The notes beneath the pieces are model-generated. The model did not search any database. It was not told where the DNA came from and saw only the letters and a list, made by a program, of their open reading frames with translations. 64,000 nucleotides of DNA from Tricharina praecox (lineage: Eukaryota), in NCBI RefSeq assembly GCF_024521635.1, contig NW_026250410.1, positions 186,001-250,000 on the forward strand, in the 5' to 3' direction. Below, piece by piece: positions 63,687-64,000 of the stretch (its first letter is position 1; each line of letters opens with the position of its first letter). Both the position numbers and the translations under genes were made by a program.

Positions 63687-64000
63687 GAGTCAATCGGCAG
63701 AGCACTCAGTGCGGAAGCGAAATCTCGCCGATCATCGGTTTGCACTCGCTGTCGGGCCGGACTCCGGCCAAAGCCCGAGTAGAGCTCAGTCGACCTTAGC
63801 CAGAAGTTCTGGGCCCCTACGGACGGCAGTGAGTACGAACTGGTGCGTGTATCCGATTGGACAAAACACCCGCCAGCAGTCTGAGACTCTGAGGACGGGC
63901 CGGGACCGGTCTCGTCTCGTCTTGTGTCCCAGCGCACGTTTGGCGAAACTGGTGATATTACATGTGGCATCCACAAGAAGGGACGGTACCACGAGACCAC

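Noticed and set aside
63125..64000. 291-aa ORF with PGPC repeats at the window end
   Set aside because: Openness is partly due to the 6-bp repeat, and there are no motifs or codon bias. It is cut by the window edge, so it cannot be fully excluded.

Overview
Eukaryotic, intron-containing genomic DNA from a filamentous ascomycete. Evidence: short GT-AG introns with CTRAC/CTAAT branch sites, GC-rich exons and microsatellite-rich spacers. A Pezizomycetes origin is only a guess. The first 40 kb is a block of mostly conserved single-copy genes: BEM1/scd2, THP3-like SAC3/GANP, a 69-aa small membrane protein absent from the ORF track, mitochondrial HSP70 (SSC1), a DUF2415/Gid11-like WD40 protein, trifunctional FOL1, TIM22, nucleoside diphosphate kinase, a secreted GH1 beta-glucosidase, a class II chitin synthase, YPK1/gad8 kinase, CSM1/pcs1, an R3H-associated protein and HIS2. 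The last 24 kb is gene-poor: two ~7.5 kb noncoding stretches flank three minus-strand genes. These encode an orphan with an N-terminal hydrophobic segment, PPxY motifs and a Cys-rich tail, a divergent F-box protein, and an acidic Ifh1/Crf1-like protein. A ~376-bp MITE-like element lies at 46.2-46.6 kb. I found no tRNA, rRNA, CRISPR array or autonomous transposon. No clearly novel multi-gene system is demonstrable from the sequence alone. The best leads are the Cys-rich PPxY orphan, the MITE-like element and a stop-free in-frame intron or exonised segment in YPK1. Family calls come from recalled motifs, not database searches, and exon boundaries were placed by hand.
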